64,000 nt of DNA, from contig CAYREX010000003.1 of NCBI GenBank assembly GCA_964423505.1, positions 76,817-140,816 of the forward strand, read 5' to 3'. The notes under the pieces were generated by a model, which saw only the letters and a program-made list of their open reading frames with translations, was not told where the DNA came from and made no database searches. The position numbers were made by a program, and so were the translations under genes. Below, in pieces: positions 24,047 through 33,225 of this stretch. The stretch's first letter is position 1, and every line of letters begins with the position of its first letter. The stretch comes from an uncultured bacterium (GTDB lineage Bacteria > Fermentibacterota > Fermentibacteria > Fermentibacterales > JCC-6).

Positions 24047-25337
24047 CCCCGCCCCCGCCGAACATCCTGTCGCTGGTCTTCAGGGCGCAGAGGTGGCCGC
24101 ACATGCTGCAGACGTCGCCGTCCCGGGGCAGCGCCTCGTCCCTCTCGCTCCTGGCCAGGGCGGGGTCAACCGCCAGCCGGTACTGCTCCTCCCAGTCGAA
24201 GCTCCTCCTGGCGGCGGCCATGGCGTCGTCCGCGTCCCTGGCCCCCGGGAGACCCCTGGCCACGTCCGCCGCATGGGCGGCTATCCTGGCGGTCATCACC
24301 CCCACCCGGACGTCGTCGGCGTCTGGCAGCCTCAGGTGCTCCGCCGGGGTCACGTAGCAGAGGAAGTCCGCGCCCATCCAGGCGGAGACCGCCCCGCCTA
24401 TGGCCGAGGTCACGTGGTCGTACCCGGGTGCTATGTCGGTGACGACCGGCCCCAGCACGTAGAAGGGCGCCCCGCCGCAGAGGCTCTTCTGCATCCTGAC
24501 GTTCTCGGCTATCCGGTCCAGCGGCACGTGCCCCGGGCCCTCGACCATCACCTGCACCCCCGCCGCGAGGGAGCGGGCCTGCAGCTCGCCCAGCGTGACC
24601 AGCTCCTCTATCTGCGCCCTGTCCGAGGCGTCGGCCAGGCAGCCCGGACGCATCCCGTCTCCCAGCGAGAAGGTGGCGTCGTGCTCGCGAAGTATCTCCA
24701 CCAGCCTGTCGAAGTGCTCGTAGAAGGGATTCTCCCTGCCGTTGCCGTCCATCCACTCCGCAAGGAGCGACCCTCCCCTCGAGACTATGCCCAGGCTCCG
24801 TCCCTGCTCCCGCAGGAGGGCTACGGAGCGCCTGGTGATCCCGCAGTGCAGGGTCAGGTAGTCGACACCGGCGCGGCAGTGCTCCGCCACCGCCTCGAAC
24901 ATCTCCTCCTCGGTGACGTCCGGGAAGTCCCGGCCCCGCCTGGCCGCCTCCCCGAAGACCTGGTAGAGCGGCACCGTGCCGACCGGGACCGGGCTCCGCT
25001 CGAGTATGGCGCCGAGTATCTCCCTCCAGCCGGGTCCGGTGGAGAGGTCCATCACCGTGTCGGCGCCGCTGGCCACGGCCACCCTCAGCTTCTCGAGCTC
25101 GGCGCCGGCCGACTCCAGGTCCTCCGAGCTGCCTATGTTGGCGTTCACCTTCACTCTGGAGGGGGCGCCTATGGCGCACGGGGCCGCCGGGGTGGAGACG
25201 TTGCTGGCCGGCACCACGATGGTCCCGGCGGCCATGCCCCGGACCAGCGTCTCCCGGTCCAGCCCCTCCCTGGCCGCCGCGAGCGCCGCCGTCTCGCCGG
25301 TCTCGCCCCTCCTGGCTCTCTCTATCGCGGTCATCAA
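24039..25337 (-). CDS. thiC: Phosphomethylpyrimidine synthase
   Basis: ThiC hallmarks: TVPLYQ, GVDYLTLHCG, GIVSRGGS, QVMVEGPGHVP, FYVLGPVVTDIAPGYDHVT and the C-terminal CSMCGHLCALK cluster. Confidence 0.9.
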   Translation of the reverse strand: MMTAIERARRGETGETAALAAAREGLDRETLVRGMAAGTIVVPASNVSTPAAPCAIGAPSRVKVNANIGSSEDLESAGAELEKLRVAVASGADTVMDLSTGPGWREILGAILERSPVPVGTVPLYQVFGEAARRGRDFPDVTEEEMFEAVAEHCRAGVDYLTLHCGITRRSVALLREQGRSLGIVSRGGSLLAEWMDGNGRENPFYEHFDRLVEILREHDATFSLGDGMRPGCLADASDRAQIEELVTLGELQARSLAAGVQVMVEGPGHVPLDRIAENVRMQKSLCGGAPFYVLGPVVTDIAPGYDHVTSAIGGAVSAWMGADFLCYVTPAEHLRLPDADDVRVGVMTARIAAHAADVARGLPGARDADDAMAAARRSFDWEEQYRLAVDPALARSERDEALPRDGDVCSMCGHLCALKTSDRMFGGGGDG

Positions 25338-25594
25338 GCACCTCCCTACGCCGGCATTACCCGGATCAGGTACTCAGGGTATGATCTCAGCCCCGTCGGG
25401 CACCCCTCAATCGCACAATATAGCCTCCGAGGCCTCTCCGGGCTACCTGGGCCGCCACGCTGCCGCGGGGTCGTCTTGACGATATAATTCCGGGAGGCAT
25501 ATCTTCCTAAGCTGTTCCGCAGGGCCCCGGCCCGCGGATGCAGGCCCGTCCGTGGACCCGCCGGTGGACCACCCCTCGACCTGGAGATGACCGT

Positions 25595-26794
25595 ATGACG
25601 CTGCTGCTCCTGGCGCTGCTCTCGGTGACCCTCCCCGCGACGGACTCGGCCCTCGACAGGCCGGGCGTGTCGGCCGGCGTCGGTCTGAACGAGGCGCCCC
25701 GGGAGTTCTACGAGCTGGTGGACCGGGATACCTACGAGCTAGGCCCCGGCGACGTGCTCCGGGTTGTGGTGGAGGGCGGCTGCACCCCGGCCATGCTCTC
25801 CGCCGGCCTCTACCCGGTATCGAACGTCACCGTCTCCGGCGACGGGAACCTCGTGGTCTCCGGCATCGGGCAGGTTGCCGTGGGCGGCCTCACCATCCAG
25901 GAGGCCGAGTCGGCCCTGCGGGAGCTGGCCTCCCGCTACTACCCCCGCACGACCTTCTCCCTCTCGCTCACCGCCCCGAGGGTCTTCATCGTCAGGATAA
26001 GCGGCATGGTCAACGAGCCGGGGCACTTCTTCATGCGCTCCATCGATCGGACCTCCGCGCTGGTGGACCAGGCCGGCGGCATCTCCGCCGGCGGCACCCG
26101 CAGGGGGAGGCTGATAACGGCGGACGGGGACACCCTGGCCGTAGACCTGATGCTCGACCCGGAGACCGGCCGGCCCACTGCGGACCCGCTCCTCTCAGAG
26201 CAGGCGGTCCTGGAGTTCGGCCCCAGCGACAGCCCGGTTACCGTCGTCAGGGCCCCGGGCGCCGGCGCACTCCTGCCCGTGGAGACCTTCGACCTGGGAC
26301 CGACGCCGGGCGAGGTGGACATCGAGGGGTTCAGCGCGCTGGTCGGCGGCTTCCAGGGCAACGTCGACATGGCGAAGAGCTTCCTCATACGGGACGGCGA
26401 GTACCTGCCCATATGGGACGGCGTGGACAACGAGTTCCTGGAGCTGACCCTTCAGACGGACGACACGCTCAGGCTCGCCTCCGTCACCGACTCGGTCGTA
26501 GTCAGCGGTGCCGTCTACCTCCCCAGGAGCGTGGCATACGTACCGGGGGCCACCGTCGCCGACTACATAGGCAGGGCCGGCGGCGCCACCAGCGACGCCG
26601 CCACTGGACGGGTGCGCCTCTCCCGGAACGGCCGTCTGGTCGAGCGGGGCGGCGACGCGCTGGAGAGGATTCCCCTCCCGGGCGACGACATAGAGGTCCC
26701 CTACTCCTGGCTCGCCCGGAACTCCGATGCAATCTCCGTCTTCACCAGCCTGGTGAGCGCCTCCGTCCTCCTGTACAATGCCTTCAGCAACTGA
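25595..26794 (+). CDS. Polysaccharide export protein (Wza/SLBB family)
   Basis: Signal peptide, YELGPGDVLRVVV motif and SLBB-like repeats. Confidence 0.7.
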   Translation: MTLLLLALLSVTLPATDSALDRPGVSAGVGLNEAPREFYELVDRDTYELGPGDVLRVVVEGGCTPAMLSAGLYPVSNVTVSGDGNLVVSGIGQVAVGGLTIQEAESALRELASRYYPRTTFSLSLTAPRVFIVRISGMVNEPGHFFMRSIDRTSALVDQAGGISAGGTRRGRLITADGDTLAVDLMLDPETGRPTADPLLSEQAVLEFGPSDSPVTVVRAPGAGALLPVETFDLGPTPGEVDIEGFSALVGGFQGNVDMAKSFLIRDGEYLPIWDGVDNEFLELTLQTDDTLRLASVTDSVVVSGAVYLPRSVAYVPGATVADYIGRAGGATSDAATGRVRLSRNGRLVERGGDALERIPLPGDDIEVPYSWLARNSDAISVFTSLVSASVLLYNAFSN

Positions 26795-27086
26795 GCGGGG
26801 CGGCGAGGAGGGCCGGCGCCTCAGCAGCGAGCGCCTGGTCACCGTCCACGAGGCCGAGTCGGAGATGGAGGCGCTCACACTGAGGGCCTTCCTGGAGGAC
26901 CAGGGCATAGAGGCGGCCGTCAGGAGCAGACAGATACCCATGTACGACGGCATAGCCAAGGTCTGGAACCCGGTCTGGGGTTACGTGATGGTCCTCGAGT
27001 CGGACGGGGAGAGGGCGAGGGAGCTGCTCTCCGGCTACCTGGAGGGCCTGGAGGGGGCGGAGCCGGTTGAGGACGACGCGGACTGA
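26778..27086 (+). CDS. DUF2007-like small protein
   Basis: LVTVHEAESEMEALTLRAFLEDQGIEAAV resembles DUF2007. Confidence 0.45.
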   Translation: MPSATERGGEEGRRLSSERLVTVHEAESEMEALTLRAFLEDQGIEAAVRSRQIPMYDGIAKVWNPVWGYVMVLESDGERARELLSGYLEGLEGAEPVEDDAD

Positions 27087-28737
27087 CCGCCTGGTCACCA
27101 CGCTCCTCCTGGCCGCGCTGGCCGCGCAGGCCGCCGCATCCGTCCCCGGCCTGCCCGACGCCCTCCCGGACGAGCTCCTGGAGGCGGCCAGGAGGGGGTA
27201 TCCCCCCGACTCGCTGAGCATGCCGGCGGACAGCCTCGTGGAGGAGCTGCTGCTTCGGGGCGGCCTGGCCGCCCGTTACGCCGCCTGGTGCTCCCGCCTC
27301 ATGGGCGACCCGCTGCCCGGCGCCCCCACGCCGGCCCTGCTTGAGCACGGCGAGCCGCCGACCCTCCCGGCGCCGCAGACGGCCACGGCCGACCCCTCCC
27401 TCATGAGGGCGGCGCTGCTGGGAGCCATCCACCGCTTCGGCGGGGAGGGGGAGTACCCTCTCGGGGCGGAGCTCGTCGGGCTGGTCACGGCCTCCTGGAA
27501 CGGCCTGCCGCAGGGGGTGCGCACCCTGGCGCTGCAGGCTCTGGGCAGGCTCGGCCTGGACGTCACCGGCGACCTCCCCCCGGAGGAGCTCCGGCGGGCC
27601 GGCACCGGCCCCGCCCTCCGCTACATGGTGGAGATAGGCGCCCTCTGCGACCCGGCGCTCCCGCCGGGAGCCGCGGTCACCGAGCGGGTCTACGCCGCCG
27701 GCTGCGCGCCTCCGGAGAGCCTGGGCCCCTTCCTCTCGGACGCGGCGTGGGCGGTGCGGCACACCGCCGCCGCCAGGGCGCCGCTTGCTCTCCTCGAGCC
27801 GCTCCTCCGGGACTCCGTCCCCTACGTGAGGCTGGCCGCCGCGGGCAGGCTAGCCGACTCCACCGGGGAGACGCAGGCCAGGCTCGCCCTGGCGGAGCTG
27901 GCCCTGGAGCCGGGCCCGGTCGGCCACATGGCCGCCGGCATGCTGGGAGCCGGCGACTCCATGCTCATCGCCCTCCTCCTGGAGGACCCGGCGCCCGCCA
28001 GGAGGGCGGCCGCCCAGTCCGCCTGGCTCTCCTGCTCCCTGGCCGTGGACAGCGCGCTCCGCGCAGACTGGCTCGCGGACCCCTACTGGGTGCTCCCGGT
28101 CGAGGCGGCCTGGCACCAGCTGGATTCCGGCGACTCCACCGGCTGCATCGAGTCCTGCGCCCTGATCCTCGACCTTGCAGCCGCGGGCGCCTACGACCAC
28201 CCCCGGAGGGCCTCGGAGTACGCGGTCATGCTTGAGGCTCGGGCCAGGGGCGACTCCGCCCCGGAGCCGCCGGAGAGCCCGCGGCAGCCGCTCCCCTTCG
28301 AGCCGCAGCCGCAGGCCCCGGACACGGCGGTCATCAGGACAACCGAGGGGGACGTCACCATGCTGCTCCTGGACGACGTGGCCCCCGTCACGTGCGCCGG
28401 CTTCAGGCACCTGGCCGCAGCGGGCTTCTACGACGGCCTCCGGTTCCACCGGGTCATCCCCGGCTTCGTGGCCCAGGCCGGCTGCCCCGAGGGCAACGGC
28501 TACGGCGGGCCCGGCTACGAGCTCCCGAACGAGAGGAGCCTTGTCCCCTACGGGAGGGGGGTGGTGGGCATGGCCGACGCCGGGCTGGATACCGGCGGCA
28601 GCCAGTTCTTCATCATGCTCGACTCCCACAGGCGGCTGGACGGCAGGTACACCGCCTTCGGCAGCGTGACGGCCGGCGAGGATGTCCTGGACCGCATAAC
28701 CGTGGGCACGCTCATAAGGGCCGTCGAGCTGCGCTGA
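27067..28737 (+). CDS. HEAT-repeat protein fused to a cyclophilin-type peptidyl-prolyl isomerase
   Basis: C-terminal cyclophilin domain (FHRVIPGFVAQAGCPEGNGYGGPGYELPNE...GSQFFIMLD) after about 380 aa of HEAT-like repeats. Signal peptide present. Confidence 0.8.
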   Translation: MRTTRTDRLVTTLLLAALAAQAAASVPGLPDALPDELLEAARRGYPPDSLSMPADSLVEELLLRGGLAARYAAWCSRLMGDPLPGAPTPALLEHGEPPTLPAPQTATADPSLMRAALLGAIHRFGGEGEYPLGAELVGLVTASWNGLPQGVRTLALQALGRLGLDVTGDLPPEELRRAGTGPALRYMVEIGALCDPALPPGAAVTERVYAAGCAPPESLGPFLSDAAWAVRHTAAARAPLALLEPLLRDSVPYVRLAAAGRLADSTGETQARLALAELALEPGPVGHMAAGMLGAGDSMLIALLLEDPAPARRAAAQSAWLSCSLAVDSALRADWLADPYWVLPVEAAWHQLDSGDSTGCIESCALILDLAAAGAYDHPRRASEYAVMLEARARGDSAPEPPESPRQPLPFEPQPQAPDTAVIRTTEGDVTMLLLDDVAPVTCAGFRHLAAAGFYDGLRFHRVIPGFVAQAGCPEGNGYGGPGYELPNERSLVPYGRGVVGMADAGLDTGGSQFFIMLDSHRRLDGRYTAFGSVTAGEDVLDRITVGTLIRAVELR

Positions 28738-28844
28738 GACCCTTGCCCGGGCAATCCCGGGCACTTAACGTACCGTCTGACGAATCACCTGCGGGCCCGG
28801 CGGCCCGGACACGAGAACGAGACACGGACATCGGAGGGCTCCAG

Positions 28845-29816
28845 ATGGGTAGCGACACACGGAGGGTACTGGTCACCGGGGCGCTAGGGCAGATAGGCTC
28901 CGAGCTCACGGTGGAGCTGCGCGCTCGGTACGGGGCGGACAACGTGGTCGCCTCCGACTTGAGGGAGGGGGACCCGGACGGCCCGGTGGCCGGCGGCGGC
29001 CCCTGGACGCTCCTGGACGTCACCGACGCCGACAGGGTGGCCGGGGTCTGCAGGCGGCACCGCATCGACACCGTCTTCCACATGGCGGCCATCCTCTCCG
29101 CCACGGGGGAGGGCAACCCCGCCCTCTGCTGGCACGTGAACATGCAGGGCACCATCAACGTCCTCGACGTTGCCCGCGACATGGAGATGAAGCGGGTGAT
29201 AGTCCCGAGCAGCATAGCCGCCTTCGGCCCGGAGACCCCGAGGGAGAGCACCCCCCAGGAGACCGTCCTCAGGCCCAGGACCATGTACGGCATCACGAAG
29301 GTCGCCGGCGAGCTCCTCTGCGACTACTACTTCCGCCGCTACGGCGTGGACGCCCGAGGCCTCCGCTACCCGGGTATCATCTCCTCCGAGACCCCTCCCG
29401 GCGGCGGCACCACCGACTACGCCGTGGACATCTACTACAAGGCGGCTCAGGGCAAGGACTACAGCTGCTTCGTCAGGGAGGACACCATGCTTCCGATGAT
29501 GTACATGCCGGACTGCATCAGGGCCACCATCGACCTGGCCGAGGCCTCCCCGGATGGCCTCGTCCACCACGGCGACTTCAACGTGGGCGCCCTCTCCGTC
29601 ACCGCCGGCGACATCGCCGCCAGCATCCGGGAGCACCTGCCGGGCTTCCGGGTCACCTACGAGCCGGACTACAGGCAGGAGATCGCCGACACCTGGCCCA
29701 CGAGCGTCGACGACTCCGCCGCCCGAGAGGAGTGGGGCTGGAGCCCCGGGTGGGACCTTCCCTCCATGACGGAGGACATGCTCCAGAAGCTCCGTACCAG
29801 GTTCGAGACCGGTTAG
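28845..29816 (+). CDS. tdh: L-threonine 3-dehydrogenase, NAD-dependent epimerase/dehydratase (UDP-glucose-4-epimerase-like) type
   Basis: RVLVTGALGQIGSELTVELRARYGADNVVASDL Rossmann motif of SDR-type TDH. ATG at 28845. The upstream part of the 474-aa ORF is Arg/Pro-rich junk. Confidence 0.8.
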   Translation: MGSDTRRVLVTGALGQIGSELTVELRARYGADNVVASDLREGDPDGPVAGGGPWTLLDVTDADRVAGVCRRHRIDTVFHMAAILSATGEGNPALCWHVNMQGTINVLDVARDMEMKRVIVPSSIAAFGPETPRESTPQETVLRPRTMYGITKVAGELLCDYYFRRYGVDARGLRYPGIISSETPPGGGTTDYAVDIYYKAAQGKDYSCFVREDTMLPMMYMPDCIRATIDLAEASPDGLVHHGDFNVGALSVTAGDIAASIREHLPGFRVTYEPDYRQEIADTWPTSVDDSAAREEWGWSPGWDLPSMTEDMLQKLRTRFETG

Positions 29817-29829
29817 GGGAGCCCCCGCC

Positions 29830-30246
29830 ATGAGGCTCGCCACCCGCCTTGCAGTTCTCATGCTGAGCATATCGGCCTTTGCCCAGAGCACGGCGGAGTT
29901 CACGATTTCCGGTGAGGCCATCGAGAGTCCCGTACCCGCCGGTTACTACTACCTCTCCGTGAGCCCCGAGTACGAGCTCAGGGTCATCCTGTACGAGTAC
30001 TGGGGCCAGTACATTCTCTACATCGACAAGCTCTGGGTGGACGACATCGAGGGGCTGCCCCATGTGAGCTACAGCATCCGGGTGACCGCCGAGGAGCTCG
30101 CCGAACGCATCGGCATGGACTACGTCGCCAGCTTGGAGTTCCTCGAGTGGACCGGTCCGACTTCGTTCAGGATGGGCTTCAACGGCGGCCAGTCCGTGAC
30201 CGTGGAGAGGACCGGCAAGGGCACCTACCTGTTCACCCGGGAGTGA
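29830..30246 (+). CDS. Hypothetical secreted protein
   Basis: Signal peptide MRLATRLAVLMLSISAFAQS. Confidence 0.5.
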   Translation: MRLATRLAVLMLSISAFAQSTAEFTISGEAIESPVPAGYYYLSVSPEYELRVILYEYWGQYILYIDKLWVDDIEGLPHVSYSIRVTAEELAERIGMDYVASLEFLEWTGPTSFRMGFNGGQSVTVERTGKGTYLFTRE

Positions 30247-30297
30247 GCACCCCCGCCCGGCAGACCAGACTCCGCAGGCCTGACGGCATCTCCCGGG

Positions 30298-31497
30298 TCA
30301 CTGCGCCAGCAGGTCCGGCTTTCGTCCATGCCCGTCGTCCAGCCCCTTGACCACATGCAGGTAGACCCTGGTGGTCTCCAGGCTCCTGTGCCCCAGCAGC
30401 TCCTGTATCTCACAGAGGTCGACGCCCTTCATCAGCAGGTGCGTGGCGAACGAATGCCGAAGCGTGTGCACCGTGGCGTGCTTCCGTACCCCGGACTCCC
30501 TGACGGCCCTTCTCATAGCCCTCTGCACAACCGAGTAGTGCATGTGGTGACGCCGCACCGCACCCGACTCCGGGTCGACCGAGGGCCCAGACGCCGGGAA
30601 CAGGTACTGCCACTTCCACTCCAGGCCTGCCCCCGGGTACTTCCTCTCCAGAGCGAAGGGAAGCGATACCGGCACTCTCTCCCCGCTGAAGCCGTCCCTG
30701 ACCCGCTCCAGCTGCTCCTCGAGAGCAGGCACCAGAGACCTGCTGAGCAGGGTCACCCTGTCCTTGTCCCCCTTGCCTCCCCGGACCGTCAGGGAGCACC
30801 CGTCCGGGTCCAGGTCCTGCACGCGAAGCGACAGGGCTTCACCCAGCCTGAGACCGCTCGAGTAGATGATGCGCAGCACCAGCCCGGCCACTCCGTCCAC
30901 AAGCGACAGCACCCTGGACACCTCGGCAGGGGAGAGGACCACAGGCAGCCTCTTCGGCTTCCGAGCCCGAACCGCGTCGATGCCCTCCGGCTCCCTTCCC
31001 CATACGTTCCGGAACAGGAAGAGCACCGCGTTGAAGGCCTGATTCTGCGTTGACGATGCAACCTTCTTCCTCAGCGCCAGGAAGGACATGTAGTCTCGGA
31101 AGGAGGAATCCTCCCTCGGCTCCAGCTCCCGCTCCCGACAGAAGCAGAGGTACTTCCGGGACCAACCAGAGTAGGTCTTCACGGTGCTCCTGGAGTAGTG
31201 CCGGACCCGCAGCGCATCCACCAGCGCGGCTACCGGATCGGATGAAACCGAGACAGCCTCGTTACCCTCCTCGACACCCGCGAACCTGGAGTAGAGCTTC
31301 ACCGCATCCAGAGCCTGCCTGATCTGCCAGTCCTTCCGCCCCTCCTTCTCGAGCGCATCCGCATACTCATGCTCTCCCGGCCGTCCCAGAGCCCGGTAAT
31401 GCCTGACCCACCAGAGCATGAAAGGGACCTGCTTCTCCCGCACCAGCTTCAGCGACTGCAGATACTCCTCGAATCCATCAATAGAAGCCCGAGTCAT
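30298..31497 (-). CDS. intI: Integron integrase (IntI-family tyrosine recombinase) with about 70-aa N-terminal extension
   Basis: Long colinear similarity to IntI1 as I recall it: RLPVVLSPAEV, GLRLGEALSLRVQDLD, GKGDKDR, the IntI-specific insertion LPFALERKYPGAGLEWKWQYLFPAS, ...SGAVRRHHM, HTLRHSFATHLL and LGHRSLETTRVYLHV. Start set at the ATG 31497 preceded by GGTGGGAGGG. The 5' 100 codons of the longer ORF are AT-rich and belong to attI/cassette 1. Confidence 0.9.
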   Translation of the reverse strand: MTRASIDGFEEYLQSLKLVREKQVPFMLWWVRHYRALGRPGEHEYADALEKEGRKDWQIRQALDAVKLYSRFAGVEEGNEAVSVSSDPVAALVDALRVRHYSRSTVKTYSGWSRKYLCFCRERELEPREDSSFRDYMSFLALRKKVASSTQNQAFNAVLFLFRNVWGREPEGIDAVRARKPKRLPVVLSPAEVSRVLSLVDGVAGLVLRIIYSSGLRLGEALSLRVQDLDPDGCSLTVRGGKGDKDRVTLLSRSLVPALEEQLERVRDGFSGERVPVSLPFALERKYPGAGLEWKWQYLFPASGPSVDPESGAVRRHHMHYSVVQRAMRRAVRESGVRKHATVHTLRHSFATHLLMKGVDLCEIQELLGHRSLETTRVYLHVVKGLDDGHGRKPDLLAQ

Positions 31498-31527
31498 ATT
31501 GCCCTCCCACCTATACGGCTGCAGCAT

Positions 31528-31684
31528 AACAACGCCATTCCCAGCGTTAGTGTACGCATGTTCACTACCCCTTGTCAAGATACAAGCATTGACTAGCAGT
31601 AGCCGTGCAGCTATTCTCATGCAGCGTAACCAGGCAGCCGGCATACACAGCAGCCGCAGAATCATTGTTAGAGCTAAGGAAAAA
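31528..31684 (+). promoter_or_regulatory. Putative attI / cassette promoter (Pc) region of the integron
   Basis: Located between the intI start and the first cassette ORF. TTGACT (31589-31594), 17 bp, TATTCT (31612-31617) is oriented toward the cassettes. A GTTAGAG box at 31667-31673 resembles the attI1 GTTRRRY crossover site. A GTAC-N4-GTTC palindrome at 31551-31562 lies upstream of intI. Confidence 0.35.
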
Positions 31685-32638
31685 ATGGGAAACAGAAGTA
31701 GAGCTGAAATCTGGAAACAACAGAAATACAACAACTCCTGTGCTTGGGATTGCTTATCCATGCTTCTCAAAACGCAAGGAGTTGAAACAAGCTCCATCGA
31801 GCTTGTCGGTTCAACTCAGGTTCCCTACCAACTCCGTCTTCATCCAGAAGAGAATCGACTTACTGCAGGTATGCTCGTTCAAGCCGATGAAAATGTTAAT
31901 CTTGCACTCGGGCAATACGGCTTTAAACTTCAGAGCACTAGAGTATCGACAATCGCTGAATACGTTAAGCTCGCAGAGGAAACATTACTTTCTGGGGAAG
32001 CCTTCGTCACAAGTATTAAGAGACCAGATGATTTGCCAGGAAGACATGCCGTGGTTTTCACAGGATTAGAAGATTCAATCTTTAAAGGGCTTGATCCTGA
32101 TTGCCGTCTTGATCGAACTACGGACTATCACTACTCCGATGTTCATGATATCGTAACTCTTGATCTTGAGCAAGAAGAATTCCATCAAAGGGTTACTGGC
32201 GATACAGGGTATGTTCCACTTCTTGGTGTACTAGTTTCCTGCGACCCTTTCAAGATCAATCCTGAAATAATGAAAAATATGTTCAGTAGAAGTAAGGAAG
32301 CTCTTGATTTCTATGAGTCTGCTACAGGTGAACTTGACTTCCAGAGCTCCAAATCGATGCCTGTTATCTACAATGTGCTAAAACCTGTTTTATCTGACTT
32401 ACGAACAGCAATCGAAATCCGAGATGAGTATCAGAATCGAGATTCAGAGATTGCCTTATTCCTGAAAGAATTTGAAACCGGAATCCTGGAGTTTCGGAAA
32501 CTAACAAAGAATAATGAAGCAATACCGGAGAAACTTACCGAGAGATTGAGTGCTTCCCTTGCAAGATCTTACGAACTTCTTGAGAAGCACCTGTCTTTTG
32601 AGATGTACAGAAGAAAAGAGGCTCTAACCACTGAATGA
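31685..32638 (+). CDS. Cassette 1: putative papain-like (C39-like) cysteine peptidase
   Basis: AAGGA RBS then ATG at 31685. N-terminal QQKYNNSCAWDCLSMLLKTQG resembles the catalytic Cys block of C39/papain-fold peptidases. AT-rich codon usage. Stop lies inside attC1. Confidence 0.55.
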   Translation: MGNRSRAEIWKQQKYNNSCAWDCLSMLLKTQGVETSSIELVGSTQVPYQLRLHPEENRLTAGMLVQADENVNLALGQYGFKLQSTRVSTIAEYVKLAEETLLSGEAFVTSIKRPDDLPGRHAVVFTGLEDSIFKGLDPDCRLDRTTDYHYSDVHDIVTLDLEQEEFHQRVTGDTGYVPLLGVLVSCDPFKINPEIMKNMFSRSKEALDFYESATGELDFQSSKSMPVIYNVLKPVLSDLRTAIEIRDEYQNRDSEIALFLKEFETGILEFRKLTKNNEAIPEKLTERLSASLARSYELLEKHLSFEMYRRKEALTTE

Positions 32639-32700
32639 ACCTGTCACAGCCGTCAAGGTACGGGCTACGTAATACCTGTGCAGGTTATTCAGATTGTTCG
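32621..32700 (+). repeat. attC site 1
   Basis: GCTCTAACCACTGAATGAACCTG ... CTGTGCAGGTTATTCAGATTGTTCGGC. R''/L'' almost identical to attC11, 3' box GTTCGGC. Confidence 0.55.
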
Positions 32701-32717
32701 GCATAGGAAAGGGGATA

Positions 32718-33128
32718 GAAGTGCAGAAACTAATCACATGTGCGCTGATCGTTCTGACTTGTTCGATCGTGCTTGCGGGTGAGGTAGCGGACGAGGTGAC
32801 CTTCAGGACAGCGCAACCTGCTCCAACCGATATCATATCCTGGAGTTTCTTCTGGGTGATGCCTGAGATTGCACCGGATGCAACGCTTGAATATGCGGTG
32901 ATCCAGCCTGATGGTGAGGAGTATTTCCGGATGGCTATTCCTGCTGAAACTCCATCAGGAAGTCCAATTCGCTCGGATTTCCGTGAAGGTCTTGCCGGTG
33001 GCAATCCGGAGGTATTCAGCGGTCATAACATCCAGTTCACTTTCACAGTGGACATCGGCACAATCCAGTTCCCGGATGGTGCAACATTCCTCTTCGAGTT
33101 CACAGAAGTCGTCGAGGCAGTTAGATAG
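32718..33128 (+). CDS. Cassette 2: small secreted hypothetical protein
   Basis: GTG start after AAAGGGGA. Signal peptide LITCALIVLTCSIVLAG. Confidence 0.45.
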   Translation, partial: EVQKLITCALIVLTCSIVLAGEVADEVTFRTAQPAPTDIISWSFFWVMPEIAPDATLEYAVIQPDGEEYFRMAIPAETPSGSPIRSDFREGLAGGNPEVFSGHNIQFTFTVDIGTIQFPDGATFLFEFTEVVEAVR

Positions 33129-33134
33129 GGATTG

Positions 33135-33211
33135 CCGAACAACTGCATGAACCATCTACGAGCGGAGCTGTTTGAGCTAGGTGGTCGTAATGGTTATGCA
33201 GAGCGTTCGAA
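33135..33211 (+). repeat. attC site 2
   Basis: GCCGAACAACTGCATGAACCAT ... ATGGTTATGCAGAGCGTTCGAA. Family-1 attC, 3' box GTTCGAA. Confidence 0.6.
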
Positions 33212-33225
33212 GACGAGGAAGAAGC

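Noticed and set aside
31418-31684. The 5' part of the long ORF 31418-32638 and the 5' 100 codons of the intI ORF (31498-31797)
   Set aside because: These stretches overlap each other on opposite strands, in the attI region where composition switches. The intI homology and a good RBS begin at 31497, and cassette 1 has an AAGGA RBS + ATG at 31685.
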